Below, piece by piece: positions 20,455 through 32,460 of a stretch of 38,849 nucleotides of DNA. A program made the position numbers and the translations under genes. Position 1 is the stretch's first letter. Each line of letters opens with the position of its first letter. This DNA comes from Paraphysomonas bandaiensis (lineage: Eukaryota > Protista > Chrysophyceae): contig CBFFRP010000135.1 in the NCBI GenBank assembly GCA_965644295.1, positions 1-38,849 on the forward strand. The letters run 5' to 3'. The notes below the pieces were generated by a model that was not told the DNA's origin, searched no databases, and saw only the letters and a program-made list of their open reading frames with translations.

Positions 20455-23400
20455 ATGGAGCTTGTGGAAACGGTGGTGTCCCTTGCCCTCGTGGTCAAAC
20501 AGGTATCGCCACATTTCAGTTGATATAATTTCAATATTACACTTTTATTTTCAGCTTTCAGATGACGCGAATACGAATGTTGCTCTATGTCAGTCTCTGG
20601 GTAATCGTGCGGAGATGATTCCACGAATATTGGAGAGACTACCAAACTATTCTGCTCTGGATGAAGGGCTTATGAGCAGAATACTTCAAACTCTAAAACA
20701 AAGCCATGACCTTATAACAGAGTATCAACAAAAAGGGGCTATCTCACGTTTTTTGAAGTCCAGCTTATTGAAAAGTAAATTTTCAGATATTGAATCACAG
20801 TTAGGGAAGTGTGTTGATGACCTAACGCTCTGTGTTGGAGTTACATCCGCAGTTGCTTTAGATGCCCTAAGCAGTGATTTTAAGAGGCTTTTCTATGATA
20901 ATATGACGACAGATGAAGTTTCTTTGCATGAAATTCCAATTGTAGAGCATATAATTGACTACAGTTTAATTCACTTTGAAACGAAACGGGGTGTACGGAA
21001 AGAGCTAGGGGGGTCACAACATGCCAGGGTGTATTGTGGCGAACTCAATGGGAACAAAGTGGCAGTGAAAGAGTCCCTGCTGAGTAGCGTGGAAGGGGTT
21101 GATAGCATAGCAGATCAATGGAGGGATGGTGTCAATATTTTGTCCGAACTGATTCACCCTAGCGTATGTAGAACTCTGGGTGGAGGGTGCGAGATTTTGG
21201 ACGACGATCTCGAACCTCCTCAGACCCTACCTCATTTCTACCTAATTATGGAGCAACTTTCTGACATCAATCTTGCTGATTTTGTGACCACATCATTTAA
21301 AAATGAAATAGATGTTAGCACTGTGTTCAAGTTTTCTCATGCTATCGCCGCAGGTGTGCTTTACATTCACTCCTGTCGTCCTGCAATCACACATGGGCAT
21401 CTCTGCCCCCAAAACATTCTTCTGACCGATGACAACAAGCCCCGCATTGTCAATATACTGTTGCGGCATGAACAGTTAATCGGAAATATGGATCCGTCAC
21501 GGCGCGTTTCGATGGTGGAGTGTCACCCGTTTATGGCGCCTGAGCAGGCGAGAGGTGCGCCTCCCACCCCTGCCAGCGATATATATTCTCTGGGAATGAT
21601 AATGTATTTTATGCTGACTGGAACGGAGCCTTTCGCGGAGTGCCAAAGTTCTCACAGTCTTGCCGAAGCGGTGAGATCAGGTAAAGCACCAGTGATTCCT
21701 TCGATCGATCCCTTCCTGCTGGACCTGATTTCCATGTGTGTGAGTTCCGACCCCTCCAGGCGCCCGTCCGCCCGCGCTTGTGTTCGTGCTCTGGCCGCTG
21801 TCTGTAGGGAACGCAAGGTAGATATGTTAGTATGTGATGTAGAGCGCACAGATATTAAGCAGGATGATGAGAGAAGTGATGATGACGGTCTTGCTGAATT
21901 CGGAGACATGAGTGACAAGGTGGAAACAATGTTATCCACTGTGAAACTCTTTGGAAGCGAATCGATTTTATCGCCGAGTGTTGTGGTGTATGGCAACAAA
22001 GTCATTCTTTATAATTTTAGACATAATGTGAGCACGGCTCTGACTGCCGAAGTAAACGACGACGAAGAGGAAGAAGAGGGTGGGGATGAGAGCGGTGTTG
22101 GATGTACTGCATGTTCTGGGCCACTATCTGTGCCAGTAGGGACAGTTATTTTTCACATTGACAACACTGCTTCAATGAAGCGAAACCAGCGGATGGACCT
22201 CACGAAAGAGGTTTTGCTTCGAGTAATACCACGATTTTTACGCTGTAGCATGCGAGTTATTGTGAACTCATGGGCATCTAATGATAAGACGAAGGGACGC
22301 ATTCAGAGCAGAGAGCTGAGCGTTGAACCTAGCCTGCTTGAAGAAGAGCGTGCTGATGAGCTCCGGAAATACATACATGCCACTGCATTCGATGTCCTCT
22401 GCCCAGAGGGTCGTACTGATATGTATGGATCATGTTTTCAACTGTTTCGTCAGTGTAGAGATTACGCCACAACAGGATCTGTACATGCTTTTGTACTTAC
22501 CGATGGAAACCACAACAGACTCGACTACCCTCTACATAGGCCCGCTGAACCGAATGAGGACTACTTTGGAGTCTATCGGGCTGTCCTTAACAAAGGAACT
22601 AGGTTCGGTCCTTCAAGCAAACCATTTTCTGTAGACTATGCTGAAAATTTCCTGCGACAAGAGTATGACATCCTTCTTGCGTTAGCTGCTGATCACACTG
22701 TTTCTTTGACTTTAATTGGAATTGGTGATGCCAGTACGCAAAGCTTATCCTCTCTCTGTGCAAGAATGGGTGATAGTTGTTGCTTCTACGGAATTACAGA
22801 GGTCGGTCAAGCTGATGACGCTTTCAGGGCTGTAGCTTCGTCTCAAGACGAAATTCGATTTGAAATACCTGAGGGACCTTCGTTTACGTTGTCACGCTCT
22901 AATGACGATGGTACTGCAATATATGGAACTTCTGTTCTCGACGATCCGATTGATCTAGAGAAACTACATAATTGTCAATATGTGAGACTGAAGTACAAAG
23001 AACGTGTAATGGAGCTTGGAGCCTTTTCTACGGCTATTTCTCGGAGTATACAGTTACCAATTGAAGAGTTTGTGTCCGCTATCAGGAAAATACGTGAGGG
23101 ATGCTATGATATCACATCTGAGTCTTTTTCCAGTGTGTTTTGTCAATTAATGAAAGACAAGAAAGAACTGTGGGCTTTAAAATCATCTTTTTTTTCTAAA
23201 AAGACTCGAAAACTTCGTCAGATGTCCGCCTTTGCTGCATTTGGTATATGGCTCCGTGAGATTGAGGAAATATTGGACGCCCAAATTAGCTCTTACCGGA
23301 TGAATGTGGAGGAAGAAATATTAAATAATATGAACAGCAGCAATGATGAGAAGTTCAATGAAGGGGAATCGCCAAGTAGCAGCTTTAAACCTTCATCAGT

Positions 23401-26400
23401 GGTTTTAGAAAGACTTCAAAATAATGTAGGAGCAGTTGTACTATATCATGATATGTTAATGTGTATGTATTCAGATGCGCAACGCAGGGCGATCAGCACA
23501 TAAGGTTAGCAGACATGTTGTAGCTATTCAACGAATGCGGGACAGAACGATGCACATCTGCGCTAAGTTACTGACGTCGAAATTGACACTCCAAGAATCT
23601 GAAGAAGGGATTAGACTACATGTGCAGAAGCAAGGAAGTGATTACGTGACCAATTGGACCGTTCTTGATGCTAATGACATGGATGCAACAACGGTTTCTG
23701 ATATGCGATCACTGTTTGAAACAGCTTCTGTAATTGAAGATATATCCATACTTCATGCTCACCTGCAAGCTGCGATTTCCTCAGAGTCGTCTGTTAGAGG
23801 GACGATAGATTTAACTTACCCATGCGTCGTTGTACGCTCCAATTTTGATCCTTTTACAATTATCCGTGCGCCCTATCTCTTTACAGTTCAAAATGTACAA
23901 ATACCGAAAACCTCAAATCAAACAATTGCTTCATCTGATGTATATTGCGCCGAAGAGATTTGGGATCTATGTCACTCAAGTGATCATACTCCTGGTTCGG
24001 ATTTACCGGGATTCGCCCACTTAGATTCCTCATGTCGCCCTAATATGATTATTCCATTAGCGCATATTCCTCTATTGTTCACCTTGTATGTGGAGAGGTC
24101 GCGGTTATTTCACAGTGGTGTCAATATAACTGGCGACTGCATGGCTCTGGGTCAGGGTTCTTTACAGTGGGGCAAATTGTTTTTTGATGCCTTGATGCAC
24201 CCAAATTCTCCAACTAAAATGCACTGGATGGAAAATGGTTTAATGAGTCTTGTGTCGTACAGTTACGCTATTACCTCTTATGTCTTACATCCGTCAATGA
24301 ATTCTGTAAATGACATGTTTAGTTCACCCAACTGTGTGCTATCTAGAGAGATAACCCCATCGATTACATGCCCTCTGGCTGTTGCTGCTATTGTTGCCTG
24401 TGACGCAGAATGTACTAAAACTTCAGAATCGTGGAATATGATAATTCGAACTGTGTTTTCCAGAATGGTTGAGTGCATTTCTGGGAATAAACCCATTCGT
24501 ATTCCAACTAGTGCTGATCCTGGTGAACTGGACGAGGCTTATCGCATTCATCTTGGAAAACTTCAGACAGTTTTGGGAAGACGTCTGAATATTGAGTGGG
24601 CAAAGTCAAGCAATGCAGAGAAAGTGGATATTGTTAAAGAAAATGCGGCCGAAGTTTTAGATTTGCTTTCTGCAATTGTTGCCGGTTTTCTATCTATGTT
24701 TGAGAAGTATGGACTACCACTTTGGTCCGAATGGATACGAGCCATCAGAGAAGCAATGGAGTTGAAAAATATTGGAATATTGAAATTAAGAGCTCATTTT
24801 GTTTCGTGCAAGAAGACAAGTTCTATTTTAAATGTTATCATGAAGGCCTGCGCAGTAAACGACGAAATAGCGCTTCCGGTTGTAGAGTTATCTTCATGTG
24901 GAAGGCTAAGCATTCGACAAGTAAGTTGCGATGACTACTCTCACTTAGCCGCATACATTGATGCAATAGTGGCCACAAAGGCATCGCCGAAATTGGAGTA
25001 CAAGCCTGTTTTAAACCCAACTTATCCATTATTTACAGCTGCTCAGAATAGAGAAGTCAATAGCTTGGAGAGTTACAAATGTTCTTTGGATTCAAGTAAA
25101 CCTGTTGTAAATATTGCATTTGTGGGAAATGTTAATTCAGGAAAATCATCGATATGTGGAAGAATTTTGTTAGAGTTCCAGGTCGTGTCGGGTAGATGTG
25201 TGGAAAACTTAGGGAACCTTGCAGAAGAAATTGGTGAGTGTGGTAGCGAAGTAAATGACTTCTACTCATTTTTTTTAAAACTAGGCTACTCTTCGAATTT
25301 GAAACATTCTTGGGTAATGGATAAAGAGGCCTATGAACGAGCTGGTGGATTCACCATGCGGCCGAAACATGTTGGTTTCCAAACCCCTTCCAGGCGTTTC
25401 TCTATTATAGACAACCCAGGACACAAGGACTTTGTTACAAATGCGACAGCTGGTATCTATCATGCTGACGTTATAGTTCTTGTTGTGCCGGCAGTGATGT
25501 CTGAAATCGAACTTGCGGAAATGTCCCGTAGTCAAGCGGAAGAACACTTGCTCTGTGCATTTTGCTTTGGTGTCAAGCATGTTCTTGTTGTGGTGAATAA
25601 AATGGATGCTGTGAGTTACAACCAAGAAAGTTTTAATCGAGTTCGAACGCACACGACTAAGCACCTTAAAAAGGCTGGATTTAAGGCAGACCAGTCGTTA
25701 TTTATTCCTGTGTCGGCCTTATATGGTGATGGTGTATTGGATGATTCACCCAACATGACATGGTATGACGGTCCATGTTTGATACAGGCACTTGACGAGT
25801 GTCATATACCACGCCGACAAGTGGACAAGCCGTTTCGCATGGTTGTTGACGAGGTGTTCAAATTACGTGGTACAGGAACAGTACTCTGTGGGAAAGTAGA
25901 GAGGGGCACTATATCTGTTGGAGATTCGGTGAATATCTACCCGGCTATTGAATCCTCGGACTCATCAGGGGTTGTCCGCTCTGTGGAAGCCTATGGGAAT
26001 TCTTTGCAATGTGCTGGCCCTGGTGATGAAATTGGCATCAATATTTCCTTTAAAAAGGTTCAAACAAATAAATTGAAGCATGGTATGGTCCTCGGTTTAT
26101 CCAACAACCCTGCTGTACCAGTGATGCGAAAATTTGAAGCTCAAGTATTTGTAACTCGAAAGATTAATTTTAAGGCTGGGTACTCTCCAACCATTCTTGT
26201 ACATTGTATTTCTGTTAAAGCTCAAGTGCATCACATATCCCAAATTATTGACAGGAATAACACTGTTTTAGAGACTAACCCTAAAACTGTTAACGTTTCA
26301 CAAATATGTGTGTGTGAAATGGTTGCATTAAGGCCTTTTGCGGCTGAAACAGTTCACGATTTTCCAAGGATGAGTAAATTTTTGATAAGAGAAAACAGAG

Positions 26401-26441
26401 TAATTGTTGCAGTAGGATTCATTCGTTCAAGGTTGGAGTAG
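20455..26441 (+). CDS. ~1944 aa multidomain protein: MLKL-type N-terminal four-helix bundle, pseudokinase, VWA, unknown region, eEF1A-like GTPase (domains I-III). Exons 20455-20502, 20555-23425, 23475-25233, 25285-26441
   Basis: Three GT-AG introns of 52, 49 and 51 nt each keep frame. Motifs: LCQSLGNRAE...ISRFLKSSLLKSKFSDIESQL; VAVK, HGHLCPQN, APE, SDIYSLG; IDNTASM, GRTD, VLTDG, LIGIG; GNVNSGKS, DNPGHKDF, NKMD, PVSAL, DKPFR, GTGTV, GYSP. Confidence 0.85.
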
Positions 26442-26823
26442 TATGTGCTTGTCTCCTAACTTAATAGAAAAAGTTGAAGTACAAGATGAACTTGTGTTTC
26501 TGTTAGTTATAATTGTGTTGGCGCTACCGGATAGTAGAATCATAGTGTTTTTTATCGGGAGTGTTCTTGACTCCACTCTGGAAATTCAAGGATATAATTG
26601 AATGGTTACATTTGTATGTTTTCCCTAGAATTCGCGATACTTGATGAAAAACATTGCATATATGGACTAGAAGAATTTCGCTGAAAAGATAACAAATCAG
26701 GCTGCTACGATATTATATAAATCAGAAAGGAAAGAATTCGCTTAAAGTAATCTGGGTAATTATCTCATGATGCTTATATTAAATATACTTATGCTTGTTC
26801 AGTATTATAATATGTTTGAAAAG

Positions 26824-27513
26824 GTACTACACACACAACGACGATGAAAAAAATTCAATTTCCTTTCTTTTCATCTAACATTCCGACAACTACAGAGATG
26901 GTGTTTTCATGCTATGCCTTCTGGTGAAGCTTATGACGAAAAAACAGGTAATTACAGTGGAAGTAATGGAACAGACTATTATTTCTCAACTACATATGAT
27001 ACATTTCAATCAATAGACGGAGAATGGGTGCAAATATAATTGCCTTTTAAAATTCGTTTAACATCTATATCAACACAAGAAAGAGACACAGGACAAAAGA
27101 AAAATGAAAGCTTGTTATATATTAGGCTCTGATGATGGAATAAGCTTTTCATATATATATACAGATGATGTAGCATGTCCAGGAACTCAAGAGCAGTCAC
27201 AACAACTAAACGTTATTCAATTATAAGGATTGTCATTGCCTCACCAGGTTATAATATATATTATTATGTTTAATACAATTAATTTTAGATTAAAGAGTAC
27301 TTTTTACTATAATATAATAATATTATAAATATATAATAATATAATATTACCTTATTACTTTATTATTTAATTTTAACTTTAGATATTTTATTTTTTTTAA
27401 ATATAATTTTAAAGCCCTGTTTACAGAGAGCGTAATATGAAGCGAGAGCGGAATGTTAGATGAAAAGTAAGGAAATTGGAAAACGAATTCCGTCGTCGTT
27501 GTGTCTGTGTACT
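26824..27513. mobile_element. MITE-like element: ~60 bp imperfect inverted repeats (26824-26885, 27449-27513) around an AT-rich core
   Basis: TTTCCTTTCTTTTCATCTAACATTCCG pairs with CGGAATGTTAGATGAAAAGTAAGGAAA, and ACACAACGACG with CGTCGTTGTGT. No clear TSD. Confidence 0.55.
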
Positions 27514-27777
27514 ATCTATATAATTATTGTTCTCAAACTTATGAATTATGAACCAAGATCGAGATCATATATATGATGACGATATGATATTATGATGCGC
27601 TTACTACTAATATATTATACATTGTTAGATTTAAACAGAAAGCAAAGTTGTGATATGCATAGAGCTTTAATATGAACAAGGCTGGATAATTACGGGATTT
27701 ATATCCATGTTGATAGAGATGTGTCCTGAAGGGGTTAGTCGGACTTGCACCTTCTGGTGGTGTACTGCGGGATAAGT

Positions 27778-28022
27778 ACTAACGTAAGCCGCATATATAT
27801 TCAGCAGATATTTTTCTGCTCTCTCATAGCCAAATGCTTGTGTGGTACAATAATAAGATGAGTCACTTGTATAGACGTCTTTGGGCTCTGACGAATAAAC
27901 AGGCATCCAGGGTATTGGGCTGCCTACTGAAGTCAAGAATCCGGGCTGTTCACCTTAAGGACAGAGAGCGAGAGTGGTTGCACCTTGGTAGTTGCGGTGG
28001 CATACAAGCGGCTTTCGTAGCG
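27778..28022 (-). repeat. Diverged copy of repeat family A
   Basis: Reverse complement aligns to ~13655-13930; the ORF track shows matching peptides MTSxGSPIP and MPVYSSxPKDVYTS. Confidence 0.85.
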
Positions 28023-29282
28023 CGTAGTATTAAGCACTAGTTGTTTAAATTATATTGCTACAACAGTTCTGACTCTTACACGCGTATTGCTAATAACCAG
28101 ACATTCACAACATATGTATATCCTACATATTTTGGTGTGTATATGTTTCACTTGAACTATATCAACTACAATGAAATACTGAATGTATCTTCCATTATAT
28201 GCATTGATGATGAGTTATCATCATCAACTGTGATTAGACTGATGTATTGGTATAGCAAGTGAATGACGGCCATTTCGTTGGCTATGGAATCGTAGGTAAT
28301 ATAATATATTACTAATTATTGATATTTAAATGAAGTAGTGTCTTTACTTGATAAGTTGCTTGAATACCCTGGTAACACACTATCAATGGCTCTGATGATG
28401 ATGATCAAACGATCAAACACCCCTTAGGCTATCAGAAATTGACATTTTAGTATGGTAATACTGAACGTAATACTCACCCAATTATATAATCTCATATTAT
28501 ATCATTCATTGGCATTCACCAAATTCATGCTTTCTCAAATACCAATCACTTCCGTACGTTCTTGTATAATGGACACGATCGTATACAGTCAATATACTTC
28601 AGTTCACTCCTAATATTTCTATCATATATCAATAGTTCATTTAATATTGTTAATCACTGCTGTAGCAATCATAATTCAAATCCCTTAGAAGTACAGCTTT
28701 AATTACGATCAAACAGCAAAACTCAACAACCCCTAGTCGCGTCATGACGATCAGATTAGGGTTGTTACAAAGCTATATTATGGACACGACGAGCTAAGGC
28801 AAGTTGTCCTGGTATCACAGTAATATATATATATGAGGTATGAAACAGCTATACAATCAAGTATCTACACTCTCTGCTATGCAAGTACGGTAGGAAAAAT
28901 ATAAATACAAGCTGCATCGTGAACCTTCAATACATGACATGTAGTCAACTAGCTAACGTGACGAGTTCTGTGAGAGTAATTGCGTAATTACGGGAGGATC
29001 AAGTGCATGTTCCTATAGGGCGATACCGGAGTGGTTCAACCAGAGATATCGTCTTTGATGTAGATGCTCGAACCAGAGTCACTCTGTAAGGGAAGGACTC
29101 AGTTCCTTCTTCTCTCCATTCTTATCAGTTGAATGTGTAAGTGAATGACACCCGCGCCTGTGCAGGTGACGCCATTGTCCACCTCACCTTACTGTTAAAA
29201 GTAGAGCATGTATGAGTGGGGGGATGAATATGCATCATATGAATTCTCGTAGCTACATACTATGGACAAGGCATCCTGTGTA

Positions 29283-29412
29283 TATTTTTGTTCAAGGATG
29301 CCTCATATATTGAGACAACAATTATCTGTATTCCAGCCGTAGTTGTACTGCAGTAATATAGAGTATATTTGTTTCAATTTATTTCCGAAAAAGAAGATGC
29401 TGATTGCTGATA
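29283..29412 (+). repeat. ~130 bp repeat B, inverted copy of 34478-34611
   Basis: GATGCCTCATATATTGAGACAACAATTATCTGTATTCCAGCCGTAGTTGTAC matches the reverse complement of the 34478-34611 copy almost exactly. Confidence 0.9.
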
Positions 29413-29663
29413 GTGAGACAAAACTGAGCATGAAAAGCAGGAATTATAGGAGGACAAAAGACAGAAATCCGTCGAAAGACAAGCAAAATGTCTTACTATT
29501 TCACGATTTTTTTCATGATTTTTACCTTTTTCACTTCTCTACCGTGAATTGACACTGTAGATTCGTACTCTCCTGCACATATGCACATTCAGCCCCATAA
29601 CACTATCACATTAGAGCGTATTTCATGTTAGTATTCACAGTAAATTAAACTCTCAAGTTAAAT

Positions 29664-30712
29664 ATGTCCCTGGGTTGGCAAGGCGAGAGTGCTCTTCTTC
29701 CGAGAAAGGCAAAACCCATCAAAATCGATGACAAATCTGTGCGTATCATTGAAGTCGAATATTTTAATATAACGGCTGTATAGATGATGCGCCTCAAGGC
29801 TACAGTGCTGGATGAAAAGCAGAAGCTTGAGTTTTCAGCTCAAAGCAAAGCTCCTCGCCTTCGAGCGAATAGAGGTGCGCGGTCATCTGACCGTAAAGAT
29901 GTATTTGCGTCTCGAAACAAAGGCGTCGAAGAAAGAGAGAAGAAGGATCTCTCATCCAAAGAAATGGCGTCAACAAATGATAGAATCACTTCAGCGCTCA
30001 CCGCAAAAGTACGTGTTGCTTTAGTGTCTCTGATGAATGCTACAGGCAGCTGTGGATATATTGATGTGTGCATTTCGCTGACTCGACATTTCATATGTTG
30101 TTTACGTTCCAGGCGAAAATATATGATACTATTAGTAAAGGTGGAGGGGAGAAGAGCATAAGTGAGGATGTTCTCGTTGACTTTCAAGAGAAAAGTGAAA
30201 CTAGTGGAAGCAATAAAATTGCCGTCAGTATGGACAAGACCAACGGACTGAGCGACTCGAGCGAAGTGGTTGACGATAACTGTAGGACTTATAGCTACTA
30301 TGGCCCTCCTGCTCGGGACACAGACTCTAGCGGTGAGTTTCCTGAAAATAAAAGTGATCGTTACGCTTGGTCTACTGGCAGGGAAGATCCCCAAAAAATC
30401 ATCGAGAAAAGCCGAGAATTCAGCCGGATGGTGGCGGATGAGATAGATGCTACTGTTGTGATGTCGTCATCATCCAGGGTTCGATCTCAGTGGGAGAAAA
30501 CCCTTCAAGGAGAATCTCGTGTTCACCTCGAACGGATTCATGAAGAGACCACCCATGCTAGAAAACATGCTGAGGAGACTACAGTGGTAGGTGTGAAGCG
30601 GAAGTCAAGCAGTGGTGGAAACAGTACTTTAGACCAAAGACGTGAGTTTTTACGGAAGAAGCAGGAAGAAAAGCGACTGAAGCTGAATGCGGGTCGAGAG
30701 ACTGTGGCATGA
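29664..30712 (+). CDS. CCDC174-like coiled-coil protein; exons 29664-29738, 29784-30008, 30113-30712
   Basis: Spliced MSLGWQGESALLPRKAKPI...MMRLKA...DVFASRNKGVEEREKKD...SALTAK|AKIYD resembles the conserved N-terminus of CCDC174 family proteins. Both GT-AG introns are phase 0. Confidence 0.7.
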
Positions 30713-30994
30713 CTTCAGCAATGGTGGTTAAGTCAGAGCTTGTTATTTATTTGTGCAGGATTAGTTAAAGGTTTGGTGGGAATGTACTGAATAGGGTTCA
30801 TAAAGGTACCTACTATTTTTGAGATAGTATAGTTGCTTATTACTTCTCTTGGGTTTGTGTACATTAAAAGTATATTGAGATTGAACAAAGTTTAGCAGTA
30901 GTTGGTAGTATGATAAGAGAGGTGAATAGTAGTCGTGGTCGAATCAGATAATATAAGTATTAAGGCCTAATAAAGGGTTGAAATGTGCCGGGAC

Positions 30995-31091
30995 CAGGGC
31001 CTGGTAACCATCAATGGCAATCATTAATAAATATATCCCGGCAATTATAATGTCCATTAAGGCCATTACCATTAATGGTTTCCAGGCCCTG
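30995..31091. mobile_element. Tiny MITE-like element with ~27 bp TIRs beginning CAGGG (hAT-like termini)
   Basis: CAGGGCCTGGTAACCATCAATGGCAAT pairs with ATTACCATTAATGGTTTCCAGGCCCTG. No 8 bp TSD visible. Confidence 0.5.
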
Positions 31092-32460
31092 AGCAGGGCC
31101 TATCCGTACCAGGGCCCAGCAGGGCTGCGTAATAATTTATTCTTAACTAATTGACGCAGGTTGTAGTCAATTAAAATATAATTAATATTATTTGTTGCCG
31201 AAGCTTTCTTTCTCCATCCAGTGTGCTTAATATGTAGAGGTTACTCCATCCAAAACTCTCATTTCGACTCAGAACACCTTTTTTACAGGGCACTCACGGC
31301 ATTGCCAAGTCTCGACTGCAACTTTTCAAAGAACACTCCTTGTGCAATGTCTTCTCGTACAGTACCACATTATTTTTTTAAAATGAGTTATATGTCTTCT
31401 CTAGTCTAGTCGTAAAACTTGTTTTTTCTATACATAAACAATAAACAACATGCATTGACTGCAGTCATATCAGCAATTTCGATATAATATCATAACTATA
31501 TTCGTATTACAACAGTATCAATTATCAATATTGAGATCTGCTTCACACAGGGAAAGGTCTGTGTGTGCTGCTGCAGTTGTCTGACTTTCTGGTAGATGTC
31601 GTCACCATAAAGCACCTTCATTCTAGTAGCCCATCGAATTGTATAATCCGTCTCTCAGTATCAGAATGAAAACCTTTGAACACAAGTTACTGATCCTAAC
31701 ATATAGTAATTAAACCTTTACCAGCTATATATAAGCAACCTTATGACAAACTCGGAAAAAATATTCAAATTTTGGACTTTTGAAAGAAAGCTATTTTCTA
31801 CTACGGGTATATTTAATGTAAATTTATTGTATATACCGAAATGTTTTAATCGAATAGTTTTGCAAGAAATTTTCATAATAAAAATAAAGTATTTTAATAA
31901 AATATATATATTAACAAAATATATACTCTTTATAAGTGGTTACCGTGCGTCTTAACTTTGTAATACATAGCACTATAGTATGCGTAATTATTAATATATA
32001 ATATATAAAATGTTACCGTTACATTCTCACGTTTCTGACCTGTAACTAATGTCTCTAAAACATGTTCTCTTTACACCTACTATATTACTTATTGCAAAAC
32101 AAATCAAAACTCAACTTAAATGAGATTTTCAAAACTTCACCAGGTTTTGATTCAAATATATTTTGAAACCTACTTTATTTTATTAATACTATGTGACCAA
32201 TCTAACAAATTGATTTTCATTTACGAGATATTTCAAGTTTCATTAGTCAGAAAACATGCCATAAAAGTATAAATCTGGCCTAACAAAACACTCTATACTT
32301 ATCCAAGCACTTTAGTCATCCCTCAATAAGTAAATAAGTATAGCGCAACATAGTATACGATAAGTTATCTGATTTCTACTGTTAACTCTTTTAGTTTTCT
32401 ATATTGTCAGTAAATAATATATTATATCTAGTTGTTATTTAGTATTTCACTGTCATCAGT

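Noticed and set aside
20462-20554. ORF-track N-terminus MWKRWCPL...
   Set aside because: It starts at TTG and reads through a 52 nt intron; the ATG at 20455 plus splicing gives a proper first helix.
23475-26441. Stand-alone canonical EF1A, eRF3 or HBS1 gene
   Set aside because: The ATG is directly preceded by a splice acceptor in frame with the upstream ORF, and G1 and switch I are non-canonical, so no gene symbol was assigned.
29015-29060. tRNA-like sequence (GGAGTGGTTCAA)
   Set aside because: No cloverleaf, anticodon arm or properly placed T-loop.
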